Shown: in pieces, positions 46,411 to 56,499 of the stretch | Numbering within the stretch: position 1 is the stretch's first letter | Layout of the letters: the number at the start of each line of letters is the position of its first letter | From: Wohlfahrtiimonas populi | Lineage (GTDB): Bacteria > Pseudomonadota > Gammaproteobacteria > Cardiobacteriales > Wohlfahrtiimonadaceae | Direction: 5' to 3' | Assembly: GCF_002006795.1 (NCBI RefSeq) | Contig: NZ_MVDN01000003.1 | Coordinates: forward strand, 113,957-177,956 | DNA: 64,000 nt | Notes under the pieces: model-generated | Seen by the model: the letters and a program-made list of their open reading frames with translations, nothing else | Database searches by the model: none | What the model was told of the DNA's origin: nothing | Position numbers and translations under genes: made by a program

Positions 46411-47463
46411 TTATTTCTCGCCACTCAATGTCACTAAGATTTTTGATTGAGTTTTATCTGACACCAACGTTTTAAAGCCTTCTTCTACAATATCTTTAAA
46501 CTCAATTTTTTTAGTGATAATTGAAGTCACATCCAATTGACCAGATGCCATTAAATCAATTGTTTCTTGGAAACTGGATGGTGAATAAGCAATGGAAGAT
46601 GTCACTTTCACACCAGTATTGATCAACTGCATTGGGTGCCATGTGATTGGATTTGCAAAGATCGAAATGATCACCATTGTGCCACGTGGTTTTGTTGCAT
46701 AGATGGATTGCTCCACTGTTTTTTGTACGCCAGCCACTTCAAAAGCAACATCCACACCGCGAGGAACAATTTTGCGAATCGCTTCCACAGCATCTTCTTT
46801 ACCTGAATTGATGATGTGTGTTGCACCAATTTCTTTCGCCATTGCTAAACGTGAATCAGATAAATCTAGAGCAATAATTTTAGTTGCACCACCTGCTTTG
46901 GCAGCTGCAATTGTCACTAAGCCAATTGGGCCTGCACCAAATACTGCAACTGTATCACCAAAGCACAAACCACCTTCTTTCACAGCCTGAACCGCAACTG
47001 CTGTTGGCTCGATCAATGCTGCTGTCTCTAAAGATAGATTATCAGGCAAATGATAAACCGCTGATTCTGGTACATTCACAAAATCAGCAAAACCACCATC
47101 ACAATGCAAGCCAATGAAGCTAAAGCCATCATAAATATCATCATATTCACTGCGCTTGCCGTGTGTGATTGTAGGGTTTACAGAAACACGATCACCCACT
47201 TTATATTTTGAGACATTTTTACCAACAGCTTCCACAACGCCAGAAAACTCATGCCCCATCGTTAATGGTGCAATTCCACCTGTTAATAAATCATTGGCTT
47301 TTGTTGGAATGAATACAGGGCCTTCTTCAAATTCATGCAAATCACTGCCACAAATCCCAGCCCAAGCTACACGAATTGTAACTTCATTATCTTTTAAAGA
47401 TTTCAATTCACGATCTTCAATACGAATGTCTTCACGGCCATGCCAAACAGCTGCTTTCATCAT
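46411..47463 (-). CDS. Zn-dependent medium-chain alcohol dehydrogenase (2,3-butanediol/sorbitol dehydrogenase-like)
   Basis: Carries GICGSDLHEF (catalytic Zn), GHEFSGVV, the Rossmann motif VAVFGAGPIGL and the second Zn-site spacing. Confidence 0.75.
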   Translation of the reverse strand: MMKAAVWHGREDIRIEDRELKSLKDNEVTIRVAWAGICGSDLHEFEEGPVFIPTKANDLLTGGIAPLTMGHEFSGVVEAVGKNVSKYKVGDRVSVNPTITHGKRSEYDDIYDGFSFIGLHCDGGFADFVNVPESAVYHLPDNLSLETAALIEPTAVAVQAVKEGGLCFGDTVAVFGAGPIGLVTIAAAKAGGATKIIALDLSDSRLAMAKEIGATHIINSGKEDAVEAIRKIVPRGVDVAFEVAGVQKTVEQSIYATKPRGTMVIISIFANPITWHPMQLINTGVKVTSSIAYSPSSFQETIDLMASGQLDVTSIITKKIEFKDIVEEGFKTLVSDKTQSKILVTLSGEK

Positions 47464-47602
47464 TATTCTCCTGTTGGATAAAAAATTTAAATCATAGTTC
47501 TACAATAGCAGATATGCATGTAAAGGAAGGTTAATGAGAATAGTTATTATTGATATTTGTCAGGTTATAAAATATTAATCTTATGAATCTAACAATAATT
47601 GA

Positions 47603-47842
47603 TTATATTTTTCTGGTAACAATGCATACTCCCCCCCATTTTGACTGATTAATAGCAAGGCCTATTCCACTCTTAATAATTGCTCCCCAAAAAATAACTA
47701 TTCTCCCTAATGAATTATCATCAATACCATATTCTTTCTGATTTATTTTAGTATCTTTCAAATTAAAGTCTGCAATTGAAGAATGGCAGAATAATTCTGT
47801 CATTCTAATATTATGATCTTTTTTCTGACCTTTCACTTCCAA
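47603..47842 (-). CDS. hypothetical small protein (TTG/GTG start, RBS-coupled to upstream gene)
   Basis: 79-aa ORF beginning 15 bp after the stop of 47858..48499, with a GAGGAG RBS. It lies in an AT-rich islet. Confidence 0.25.
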   Translation of the reverse strand: MEVKGQKKDHNIRMTELFCHSSIADFNLKDTKINQKEYGIDDNSLGRIVIFWGAIIKSGIGLAINQSKWGGVCIVTRKI

Positions 47843-47857
47843 GCTTTTTATAACTCC

Positions 47858-48499
47858 TCAATATAACTGAGGAGTATCATTTTCCTTAGTGACATCTCGA
47901 ATATCATGAATTAGATCGCATAACATTGTAGGCTGATTTGAGGAGAGCATAAAATAGTATTTATAATAATTTTTTGAGAAATTCCGACAAATCCCTCTAA
48001 CCGTTGTTATTTGAGATGGTAATTCAAAAGTTTCTCCTTTATACCGAGAAATTGGTACTGATGATAAAGGACCATCAATATCTTCTATGTCAGGATGATA
48101 TTCATTATTTTCACTCTCATTTCTATTTCTCTCTGAGGCGTGAAGAAATCCATGAATAATAACCAAATCACCTTGATCTATTGCTTGCTTAGCTTCCTCT
48201 TCATTGGCATATTTTTGTCCTGTACTGCTCAATGAGCTCAATGGACACTTAATATCACCATATGTAGGCAAATGTCTAAAAGTTGCTTGCCTACCATTAC
48301 TAGTAACATCTTTAATAAGAGGATTGCGCGTTATTGGTGTATAACACAAAGGACAAAAAATAAAGTCTTTCATATCTAATTCAAATTCACTAGGTAATAT
48401 TACTTGCCCTAACGATTTTAAAATCGAAATATTTTCTAGATCATATTCCCAATCTTTTAAGTATAAAGCAGTTTTAGTGTTCTTCATTATTATTCTCAA
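47858..48499 (-). CDS. hypothetical protein with Cys-pair motifs (CPLC...CP)
   Basis: 213 aa carrying FCPLCYTPI and DIKCPLSS, a possible Zn-ribbon. No family was recognised. The sequence is very AT-rich. Confidence 0.3.
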   Translation of the reverse strand: MRIIMKNTKTALYLKDWEYDLENISILKSLGQVILPSEFELDMKDFIFCPLCYTPITRNPLIKDVTSNGRQATFRHLPTYGDIKCPLSSLSSTGQKYANEEEAKQAIDQGDLVIIHGFLHASERNRNESENNEYHPDIEDIDGPLSSVPISRYKGETFELPSQITTVRGICRNFSKNYYKYYFMLSSNQPTMLCDLIHDIRDVTKENDTPQLY

Positions 48500-48580
48500 A
48501 TTATAATAATCTAAATATATAAAAATTAAAAAGCCATTCTCTCGAATGGCTTCTGTTTCCTAAATGATTATTGGATAATA

Positions 48581-49975
48581 TTAAATATTACCTACCATTT
48601 TTGTTGGGATCACCCATTCATCAAATTCTGCTTCTGTTAAGTAGCCTAATTCCAATGCAGATGCTTTCAATGTTAGGTTTTTCTGATAAGCATTTTTAGC
48701 AATTTTCGCTGCTTTATCGTAGCCAATGTATGGGTTCAATGCTGTCACCAACATTAATGAGTTATTCAACAGATCTTCAATGCGCTCTAAGTTTGGCTCA
48801 ATACCAATAGCACAGTGCTCATTGAAGCTATTCATACCATCCGCCAATAAACGTACAGATTGTAAGAAGTTATCAATGATCATTGGGCGGAATACGTTCA
48901 ATTCGAAGTTACCATTCATACCACCGATGTTCACAGCAACATCATTGCCCATCACTTGCGCACAAGCCATTGTCAATGCTTCACTTTGTGTTGGGTTCAC
49001 TTTACCTGGCATGATTGAGCTACCTGGTTCATTTTCAGGAATGCGAATTTCACCAATGCCACAACGTGGGCCAGAAGCTAACCAACGAACATCGTTAGCA
49101 ATCTTCATCAATGATGCTGCTAAACCTTTCAATGTGCCATGTGTATAAACTAAAGCATCTGTCGTGCCTAATGCTTCAAATTTATTTGGCGATGTAATAA
49201 AATCTTGCTTCGTGAATTCAGCAATCACACGTGCAACATTTTCAGAATATTTTGGCGGCGTATTTAAGCCTGTACCAACTGCTGTACCACCCAATGCTAA
49301 TTCAGATAAATGAGGCAATGAACCTTTAATATGGCGATGAGCATTTTTAAGCATCTCAACCCAACCAGAGATTTCTTGACCCAATGTTAATGGTGTTGCA
49401 TCTTGCAAATGCGTACGGCCAATTTTAACGATCATTTTGAAATCATTGGATTTTTTATCCAACACTTTTGTCAAAGATTCCAATGCTGGTAATAAATGTG
49501 TTTGAATCGCAACCACAGCAGAAATATGCATCGCCGTTGGGAATGTATCATTAGAGCTTTGTGATTTATTCACATCATCATTAGGGTGAATCAAGCGTGC
49601 TTCACCACGTTCGCCGCCCAATAGTTCACTTGCGCGGTTTGCGATCACTTCATTCAAGTTCATGTTGGTTTGTGTGCCAGAACCAGTTTGCCAAATTGCC
49701 AATGGGAATTCTGTCGCGTGTTTACCTTCAATGATTTCATCACAAGCTTCCAAGATTACTTTTGTTTTCTTTTCATCTAATAAACCAGCTTCATTATTCA
49801 CAATCGCCGCTGAGCGCTTAACAATTGCCATAGCTGTGATTAAATCTTTCGGCATTTTCTCTGTAGAGATTTTAAAGTTCTCTAAAGATCGCTGAGTTTG
49901 TGCACCCCAAAGTTTCTCCGCAGGTACTTTAACATCACCCATTGTATCTTTCTCAATGCGAAACTCGTTTGACAT
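48581..49975 (-). CDS. fumC: class II fumarate hydratase
   Basis: Carries the [16 protein letters not shown] signature and the TEKDTMG N-terminus. The start is taken at MSNEF. Confidence 0.9.
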   Translation of the reverse strand: MSNEFRIEKDTMGDVKVPAEKLWGAQTQRSLENFKISTEKMPKDLITAMAIVKRSAAIVNNEAGLLDEKKTKVILEACDEIIEGKHATEFPLAIWQTGSGTQTNMNLNEVIANRASELLGGERGEARLIHPNDDVNKSQSSNDTFPTAMHISAVVAIQTHLLPALESLTKVLDKKSNDFKMIVKIGRTHLQDATPLTLGQEISGWVEMLKNAHRHIKGSLPHLSELALGGTAVGTGLNTPPKYSENVARVIAEFTKQDFITSPNKFEALGTTDALVYTHGTLKGLAASLMKIANDVRWLASGPRCGIGEIRIPENEPGSSIMPGKVNPTQSEALTMACAQVMGNDVAVNIGGMNGNFELNVFRPMIIDNFLQSVRLLADGMNSFNEHCAIGIEPNLERIEDLLNNSLMLVTALNPYIGYDKAAKIAKNAYQKNLTLKASALELGYLTEAEFDEWVIPTKMVGNI

Positions 49976-50162
49976 CATATCCTCCATGATTTAATTGATG
50001 TAATGTAAATGTAGCTCATCAGGGACTTTAATTTATACCTATTTTGCAAATAAGCAACCTACATAATAAAATGATGATTTACATCTCAACAAAAAATAAA
50101 AATATTCGCTACAATATCGCCCTATTTTAATATTCAAAAATGAATGACCACTTTAGTGTAGG

Positions 50163-53100
50163 ATGACTGAAATGACCAACTTTGACCAACTCTGGAAGCC
50201 TTTTGCGCTTTCATTTGATGCCCTTAAAACCAAAGAAGGCTTAGAGTCGCTTGACCAACTATTTTTAAATAGTTTATCACCCGAATTAAAAAATCAAATT
50301 GAAGCTTGGCGTAAAGCAGAAATAACGTTGAGCGAAATCGAAACTTCAGAATTACAAATCAAGATTGCTGAAGCGCTGAATCAATTTATCTCAAATACGC
50401 TACAAATTCAAAAAGATACTGAATTTTATTTTAACCAAGCGAAAGATGAAGCAACTGTATTACAGTTTAAAGATCGTTACATCCAACGTGGTGCAAAACG
50501 TTATAAACAAGAGATCGCTGAAACTTTTGATGCCTTGACTGATCGCTTAATGGCGAAAAGCAAAGCAACTGCTGAAACATTTGAATTTGATTTAGCAAAA
50601 TATGCATTGGTACAAGAAGTTGGCTCTGATGAAGAAAAAGAGATCATCGAATGGGCTGCATTGGCATTAAATACAGAAGAAGGCCAAGCTGTGACAAAAG
50701 GCTGGGTTTCTTTCAAATTCCCAGAGCGTGTTGATCCTGCAAACTTAGTGAATAATGAAGAAATTACCTTTAAAGGCATTCCTGTGCTTCAAGGTAATGG
50801 CAAAGAGCGCCGCCGTGATGGCTTCCATTTAACAGATAATCGCATGTGCGATCATGATATCGCTGGCGAAGTGGATTACTGTAAATATTGCCATGATCAT
50901 GAAGGCGATTTCTGCAGTAAAGGCTTCCCTGTTAAAAAAGCTCAGCCTGAATTGGGCTTGAAGAAAGATACATTTGGCAATACACAAACAGGTTGCCCTT
51001 TGGATGAAAAAATCTCTGAGATGATTACATTGCGTAAATCTGGTCATGTGATCGGTGCTTTAGCAATGATCATGATCGAGAATCCAATGGTACCTGCAAC
51101 AGGTCATCGTATCTGTAATGATTGTATGAAGGCTTGTATCTATCAGAAAACTGAGCCAGTTAATATTCCGCAAATCGAAACGAACGTACTAACAAGCGTT
51201 TTAGAATTGCCTTGGGGTATTGAAATTTATGATATTTTCACGCGCTGGAATCCATTAAAACAATCTGCTTACCTGCCAACAGATGGCAATAATCGTAAAG
51301 TATTGGTATCAGGTTTAGGCCCTGCGGGCTTCACAATGACTCATTATCTATCACAAGCAGGTTGCCATGTTGTGGCTGTGGATGGTTTAAAAATTGAACC
51401 ATTACCAGAAGCTATCATCAATGGTCCTGTTGAGCACTGGTCATCATTGGAAGAAGATTTAGCGAGCCGTATTTTATATGGCTTCGGTGGCGTTGCTGAA
51501 TATGGTATTACAGTACGTTGGGATAAAAACTTCCTACGCTTGATCTATTTAGTGTTAGCGCGTCGTAACAATGTACAGATCTTCGGTGGTGTTCGCTTAG
51601 GTGGTACATTGATGTTGGAAGATGCTTTTGAATTAGGTTTCGACCACGTTTCAATGGCAGTGGGTGCAGGTTTGCCTCGTGTATTGAACATTGAAAATTC
51701 ATTGGCTCGCGGTATGCGCCAAGCTTCTGACTTCTTAATGGCAATGCAATTAACAGGTGCTGCAAAGCAAACTTCCCTTTCAACATTGCAAGTGCGTATG
51801 CCAGCAGTTGTGATCGGTGGTGGTTTAACAGCTGTGGATTCCGCAACAGAAATGCAAGCTTACTACATCACACAAGTTGAAAAGGTACTGCATCGTGTGG
51901 ATACTTTGGGTGAAGAAGCTGTTCGTGCTGCAATCTTTACACCAGAAGACCAAGACATTTTGGATGAATTCATTGCTCATGGCCGTGAAGTGAAAGCAGA
52001 ACGTGAACGTGCAGCTGCCGCTGGTGAAGCACCAAACTTTACGCCTTTATTGCATAAATGGGGCGGTGTTTTATTGGCATATCGCCGTACGATGCAAGAA
52101 TCGCCTGCTTATACATTGAACCATGAAGAGATCACAAAAGCATTTGAAGAAGGTATTTTCTACGGTGAGTCTTTAGATCCTCAAGGTGTTAATTTAGATA
52201 AATACGGTCACATCGAAACCATCACATTCAAAAAGAATGGTGAAGAAGTGATTATCCCTGCACGTACAGTGTTGGTAGCTGCAGGTACTTCACCGAATAC
52301 AATCTATGCAACAGAACATGGCACAATCAAAGTTGAAGATAAGCACCACTTCCAAGGCTATGATTTATTAGGCAACAAAGTTGAATATGATCGTGAGAAA
52401 AATGTGAAAGATGATTTTGCACCATTCACATCATACGAACATAAAGATCATCGCGTTTCATACATTGGTGATACACATCCAACATTCAACGGTAACGTTG
52501 TAAAAGCCATCACAAGCGCAAAACGTACAGCGGATCAAGTAATTGAATCCATGAAAGCATTGCCAGCAAACCATTTATCGAATGATGAATTGAGTGCAAC
52601 AATGACTGAAGGTTTAACAGTGACTGTTCAATCTGTGAATCGTGATAACCCTGCGGTTGCTGAAGTTTGGGTAAAAGCACCTTTTGTTGCGAAAAACTTC
52701 AAGCCAGGTCAATTCTTCCGCTTACAAACTTATGAAGTGGATGGACAGATCATTGAAGATACGCGCATGCAGATTCCACTGTTCACAGCATCGGGTACAG
52801 GTTCTAAAGATGGTGCAATTCGCTTAATGGTATTCCAATGGGGCGTTGCACCACGTTTGATCTCTCGTTTGAAACCTGGAGATCGTTTAGTATTGGCAGG
52901 CCCAACAGGCGCACCAACGGATATTCCAACGAATCAAAATATCTTAATCATGGCAGGTCGTTGGGGCACAGCAATCATGCTAGATTTAGCACCAGTATTA
53001 CGTGAAGCTGGTAATAAGATCACTTATGTTGCAACGCTTGCCCAAGCTTCTGAAATGGACAAAATGGATGAGTTGGAAGCAAGTACAGATCAGATCATTT

Positions 53101-53573
53101 GGTGCGTACAAAAAGGCGATAAATTAGAAGCTCGTCGCCCACAGGATTCATCAGTTGTTGCAACAGATATGATCGAATTACTTGAAAATCTAAACGATGA
53201 TGGCGTTGTGGATTTATCATCCATCGATCGTATGTTAGCGTTAGGTTCTACGGGTTTATTGAAAGGCTTACAGAAAGAATTGTCACCAGATGGTCGCTTA
53301 ATTGACATCTTTAAACCCGATGTTCAAGTGATGGGAACGGTTGGTAGCCCAATGCAATGTATGATGAAAGGTGTTTGCGGTCAATGTCTACAATGGCAGA
53401 TTGATCCTGTGACAAAACAACGTACAAAAGCAGTATTTACTTGTGCAGGTCAAGATCAAAACGTTAAAGAAATCGACTTAGATAACTTAACAGCACGTAC
53501 AAGCCAAAATAGATTATTAGATGTGATCAACGTTGCTTGGTTCAATAGAATCCTATCAAAAGCTGATCAATAA
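50163..53573 (+). CDS. large multidomain oxidoreductase: unknown N-terminal domain, GltD/NfnB-like FAD/NAD(P)-binding domain with Cys cluster, and C-terminal PyrK/NfnA-like FNR-fold domain with Cys cluster
   Basis: 1136 aa. Cys motifs (CDHDIAGEVDYCKYCHDHEGDFC and RICNDCMKAC) precede a Rossmann motif (VLVSGLGPAGFT). The C-terminal ~280 aa have an FNR-like RLQTY/GPTG pattern plus CMMKGVCGQC...C. Confidence 0.55.
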   Translation: MTEMTNFDQLWKPFALSFDALKTKEGLESLDQLFLNSLSPELKNQIEAWRKAEITLSEIETSELQIKIAEALNQFISNTLQIQKDTEFYFNQAKDEATVLQFKDRYIQRGAKRYKQEIAETFDALTDRLMAKSKATAETFEFDLAKYALVQEVGSDEEKEIIEWAALALNTEEGQAVTKGWVSFKFPERVDPANLVNNEEITFKGIPVLQGNGKERRRDGFHLTDNRMCDHDIAGEVDYCKYCHDHEGDFCSKGFPVKKAQPELGLKKDTFGNTQTGCPLDEKISEMITLRKSGHVIGALAMIMIENPMVPATGHRICNDCMKACIYQKTEPVNIPQIETNVLTSVLELPWGIEIYDIFTRWNPLKQSAYLPTDGNNRKVLVSGLGPAGFTMTHYLSQAGCHVVAVDGLKIEPLPEAIINGPVEHWSSLEEDLASRILYGFGGVAEYGITVRWDKNFLRLIYLVLARRNNVQIFGGVRLGGTLMLEDAFELGFDHVSMAVGAGLPRVLNIENSLARGMRQASDFLMAMQLTGAAKQTSLSTLQVRMPAVVIGGGLTAVDSATEMQAYYITQVEKVLHRVDTLGEEAVRAAIFTPEDQDILDEFIAHGREVKAERERAAAAGEAPNFTPLLHKWGGVLLAYRRTMQESPAYTLNHEEITKAFEEGIFYGESLDPQGVNLDKYGHIETITFKKNGEEVIIPARTVLVAAGTSPNTIYATEHGTIKVEDKHHFQGYDLLGNKVEYDREKNVKDDFAPFTSYEHKDHRVSYIGDTHPTFNGNVVKAITSAKRTADQVIESMKALPANHLSNDELSATMTEGLTVTVQSVNRDNPAVAEVWVKAPFVAKNFKPGQFFRLQTYEVDGQIIEDTRMQIPLFTASGTGSKDGAIRLMVFQWGVAPRLISRLKPGDRLVLAGPTGAPTDIPTNQNILIMAGRWGTAIMLDLAPVLREAGNKITYVATLAQASEMDKMDELEASTDQIIWCVQKGDKLEARRPQDSSVVATDMIELLENLNDDGVVDLSSIDRMLALGSTGLLKGLQKELSPDGRLIDIFKPDVQVMGTVGSPMQCMMKGVCGQCLQWQIDPVTKQRTKAVFTCAGQDQNVKEIDLDNLTARTSQNRLLDVINVAWFNRILSKADQ

Positions 53574-53608
53574 AATACACTTTGTATTTAGAATTGATGA
53601 TTGAATAT

Positions 53609-53640
53609 ATCTCGCCTTCGGGCAAGATTTTTATTTATAT
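53609..53640 (+). terminator. terminator hairpin (ATCTCGCC-ttcg-GGCAAGAT, one mismatch) + T-rich tail after the oxidoreductase gene
   Basis: Read directly from the sequence. Confidence 0.4.
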
Positions 53641-53646
53641 AACAAT

Positions 53647-53675
53647 AAAAAAGGAGCTCAAAGCTCCTCTTTTAA
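53647..53675. terminator. bidirectional terminator AAAAAGGAGCT-caa-AGCTCCTCTTTT downstream of yajQ (minus strand)
   Basis: 7-bp stem flanked by an A-tract and a T-tract. Confidence 0.5.
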
Positions 53676-53695
53676 TACTTAATTATATACTTAAC

Positions 53696-54178
53696 TTAAT
53701 CTCTAAAGTTATTGAATGCTAATGGCAAATCTTTAACTTTTTCTCTTAATATCGCCATAGCTTCTTGCAGATCATCGCGCTTTTTACCACTCACACGAAC
53801 GCTATCACCTTGGATCGCAGCTTGTACTTTCATTTTTTCATCTTTGATCACTTTTACAATTTTTTTGGCTTGATCTGTTTCGATACCAAATTTAATCGCA
53901 ATGGATTGTTTAACAATCTTTCCTGATTTTTCTGATTTTGCATTCAAATCTAAAAAGCGAATATCCACATTACGACGAGCCATTTTCGAAACCACAACGT
54001 TCAAAACTTGTTCAAGCTGAAAATCACTGTCACCATAAAGCACAACGGTTTTATCATTCAATTCACATTTTGCTTCAGTGCCTTTAAAATCAAAGCGCGT
54101 TTCAATCTCTTTGATTGATTGATCCATGGCATTGCGAACTTCAACCATATCTGGTTCCATAACAATATCAAATGAAGG
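53696..54178 (-). CDS. yajQ: YajQ-family nucleotide (c-di-GMP)-binding protein (UPF0234)
   Basis: MPSFDIV...ETRFDFKG...KQ...[12 protein letters not shown] is the canonical YajQ pattern at ~160 aa. The start is taken at MPSFDIV. Confidence 0.75.
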   Translation of the reverse strand, partial: PSFDIVMEPDMVEVRNAMDQSIKEIETRFDFKGTEAKCELNDKTVVLYGDSDFQLEQVLNVVVSKMARRNVDIRFLDLNAKSEKSGKIVKQSIAIKFGIETDQAKKIVKVIKDEKMKVQAAIQGDSVRVSGKKRDDLQEAMAILREKVKDLPLAFNNFRD

Positions 54179-54302
54179 CATAATCAATTCCTTTTCTCTA
54201 AACATTAAATAGCCATAGATGATATCGCAAAACGCCAATCATTTCTGTAATGTTATGCTCATAGTCATAATTAGCTCATCCATAATCAATCATCTATAAA
54301 AT

Positions 54303-54332
54303 TCAAAAGGGAGCCAAAGCTCCCTTTTCTTT
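54303..54332. terminator. bidirectional terminator AAAAGGGAGC-caaa-GCTCCCTTTTC, near-identical in design to the 53647 hairpin
   Basis: 6-bp GC stem flanked by an A-tract and a T-tract. Confidence 0.45.
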
Positions 54333-54352
54333 ATTCTGCGATTAATTCTAAA

Positions 54353-54568
54353 TTATGCTTGTGCTTTTTGATAAGCAACACACATGGCATATATTTCATC
54401 TTTCAGTTGTAGCTTTTCCTTCTTCAATGAATCTAATGCGACATAATCCATACGATCTTTACCAGCTTTTGAAATTTTCTGATCCAGTGCGCTGTGCTTA
54501 GCAAACAGACTAGCAAAACGACTATTTTCCACTCTCAACTTTGAAATAATATCTCTATATTCGTGAAG
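54353..54568 (-). CDS. DUF465/YdcH-family small protein
   Basis: About 71 aa. MLHEYRDIISKLRVENSRFASLFAKHSALDQKI matches the YdcH pattern (F..L...H..LD..I). Confidence 0.5.
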   Translation of the reverse strand, partial: LHEYRDIISKLRVENSRFASLFAKHSALDQKISKAGKDRMDYVALDSLKKEKLQLKDEIYAMCVAYQKAQA

Positions 54569-54732
54569 CATAGAACCTCCTTTCAATTTGCGAATCGCAA
54601 CTATTAAGATACAGATATTTAACTGACATTTGCATTTTGATATTTTTATGAGTGATAAAAGTCAAATTTCACCCAATAAAAAAGCCTTAGCACCAATGAT
54701 TTTGCGCTAAGGCTTAAAATTGTAAAGACTAC

Positions 54733-56361
54733 TTATTGCTTACTTTTTTCAAACATCATCTCAGCAATATTATGAGCATGATCACCAATTCTTTCTAAAT
54801 TCGATAATAAATCAGTGTAAGTTAAACCAGATTTTGCCGTGCAATCACCATGGTTTAAACGATGAATATGCTGTTTTCTTAAATAGCGTTCCATCTCATC
54901 GATTTCATCTTCTAATTCATAAACGCGACGAGCTTTCGATAAATCTCCTTTATCTAATGCTTCAATCGACAGCGCCACCGAACGAATCGTTAATTCAAAC
55001 ATTTCATAAACTTCATTTCTTGCAAGTTCACTCAGTTCAATGTTGCGTTCATTCATGAAATTGATTTGCTCGATGATATTCTCTGAGTGATCGCCAATGC
55101 GCTCAATATCACAAACCAAGTTCAACATTGCTTGAAGCTCATTAGAATCTCTTGGTGTAATTGAATGTGGGAAAATCTTCACTAAATATTTAGTGATCTC
55201 TTCATCCAAAACATTAATATTTTTTTCTAAAATTTCAGATAACTTTGCATCTTCAGGATTATTTGTTTTCAAATAAGACAAAGCTGATTTCAAGCTATCC
55301 AAGCCCATATTGCCCATGTGAATCACTTCTTTTTTCGCTTGGCCAATCGCAATCGCTGGAGATTTCTCGATTAAGGTTTCATCCAAATACAGTGCAATTT
55401 TATCAGATTTCTTTTCACGCTCAGGCAATAACTTAGTGACTAAATATGCCCATAAACCAATGAATGGTAACTGAATTAATGTATTGGCTACGTTAAATGT
55501 TCCGTGTGCAAATGCGATCTGCATTTTTGGTTCTAAATGCAACATGCCTGTAATCCAGATCATGAAATGCGTGAATGGACCTAACAGAATTAGGAAAATG
55601 ATTGTACCCACAACGTTGAATAATACATGCACTGCCGCCGCACGCTTTGCTACGATGCTTGCACCAATCGCCGCCAATACTGCTGTAATTGTTGTTCCGA
55701 TATTATCACCGAATAATACTGGCAATGCTGCTTCTAAAGAGATTAAATTTTCAGCATACAAGCCTTGTAAAATACCAATCGTTGCGCTCGATGATTGAAC
55801 GATCAATGTAAATACTGTACCCACGATTACGCTTAAAATCGGGCTATGGCTCATTTCTACGATCAATGATGTGAATACTGGCAAATGGCGAAGTGGTGCT
55901 AAGCCGCTGCTCATTAAATCTAAACCAATAAATAAACCACCAAAGCCGAATAGGATCTGACCAATATTCTGCACTTTCGCAGATTTAAAGAAGAACAACA
56001 TCACTGAACCCAACAATAAGATTGGGTAAGCATATTCTCCAATATCAATACCGATGATGAATGCTGTCACTGTTGTACCAATGTTTGCACCCATGATTAC
56101 GCCGATAGCTTGGCGCAATGTCATCAAGCCTGCACTCACTAAGCCTACTGTAATTACAGTTGTACCAGAGCTTGATTGAATTAAAACTGTAACAAAAATA
56201 CCCGCCAAAATTCCCATGAATGGATTGGTGGTAAAGCGGTCTAAAATAGTGCGTAAACGGTTACCTGCGGATTTCTGTAATCCATCCCCCATAAACTTGA
56301 TAGAGAAAAGAAATAAACCCAAACCGCCTAAAAAATGGAAAAGTATCTGTTGCCAATCCAT
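54733..56361 (-). CDS. Na/Pi-cotransporter II-related protein with PhoU-like C-terminal domain (YjbB/NptA-like)
   Basis: 542 aa with duplicated QSSSGTTVI/QSSSATIGI motifs and a C-terminal PhoU-like repeat (ERIGDHxxNI, present twice). Confidence 0.75.
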   Translation of the reverse strand: MDWQQILFHFLGGLGLFLFSIKFMGDGLQKSAGNRLRTILDRFTTNPFMGILAGIFVTVLIQSSSGTTVITVGLVSAGLMTLRQAIGVIMGANIGTTVTAFIIGIDIGEYAYPILLLGSVMLFFFKSAKVQNIGQILFGFGGLFIGLDLMSSGLAPLRHLPVFTSLIVEMSHSPILSVIVGTVFTLIVQSSSATIGILQGLYAENLISLEAALPVLFGDNIGTTITAVLAAIGASIVAKRAAAVHVLFNVVGTIIFLILLGPFTHFMIWITGMLHLEPKMQIAFAHGTFNVANTLIQLPFIGLWAYLVTKLLPEREKKSDKIALYLDETLIEKSPAIAIGQAKKEVIHMGNMGLDSLKSALSYLKTNNPEDAKLSEILEKNINVLDEEITKYLVKIFPHSITPRDSNELQAMLNLVCDIERIGDHSENIIEQINFMNERNIELSELARNEVYEMFELTIRSVALSIEALDKGDLSKARRVYELEDEIDEMERYLRKQHIHRLNHGDCTAKSGLTYTDLLSNLERIGDHAHNIAEMMFEKSKQ

Positions 56362-56499
56362 GCATTACCCCGAAAATGAGTACAAAAGATAAAATAAAAG
56401 GCGCTATTCTAATCTATTATTTACTAGAATACGCCATTATCCTTCATTTGATCATTTAATGATCTGTTACTGATCAAGAATATAAAAAATAGTTTTGTG

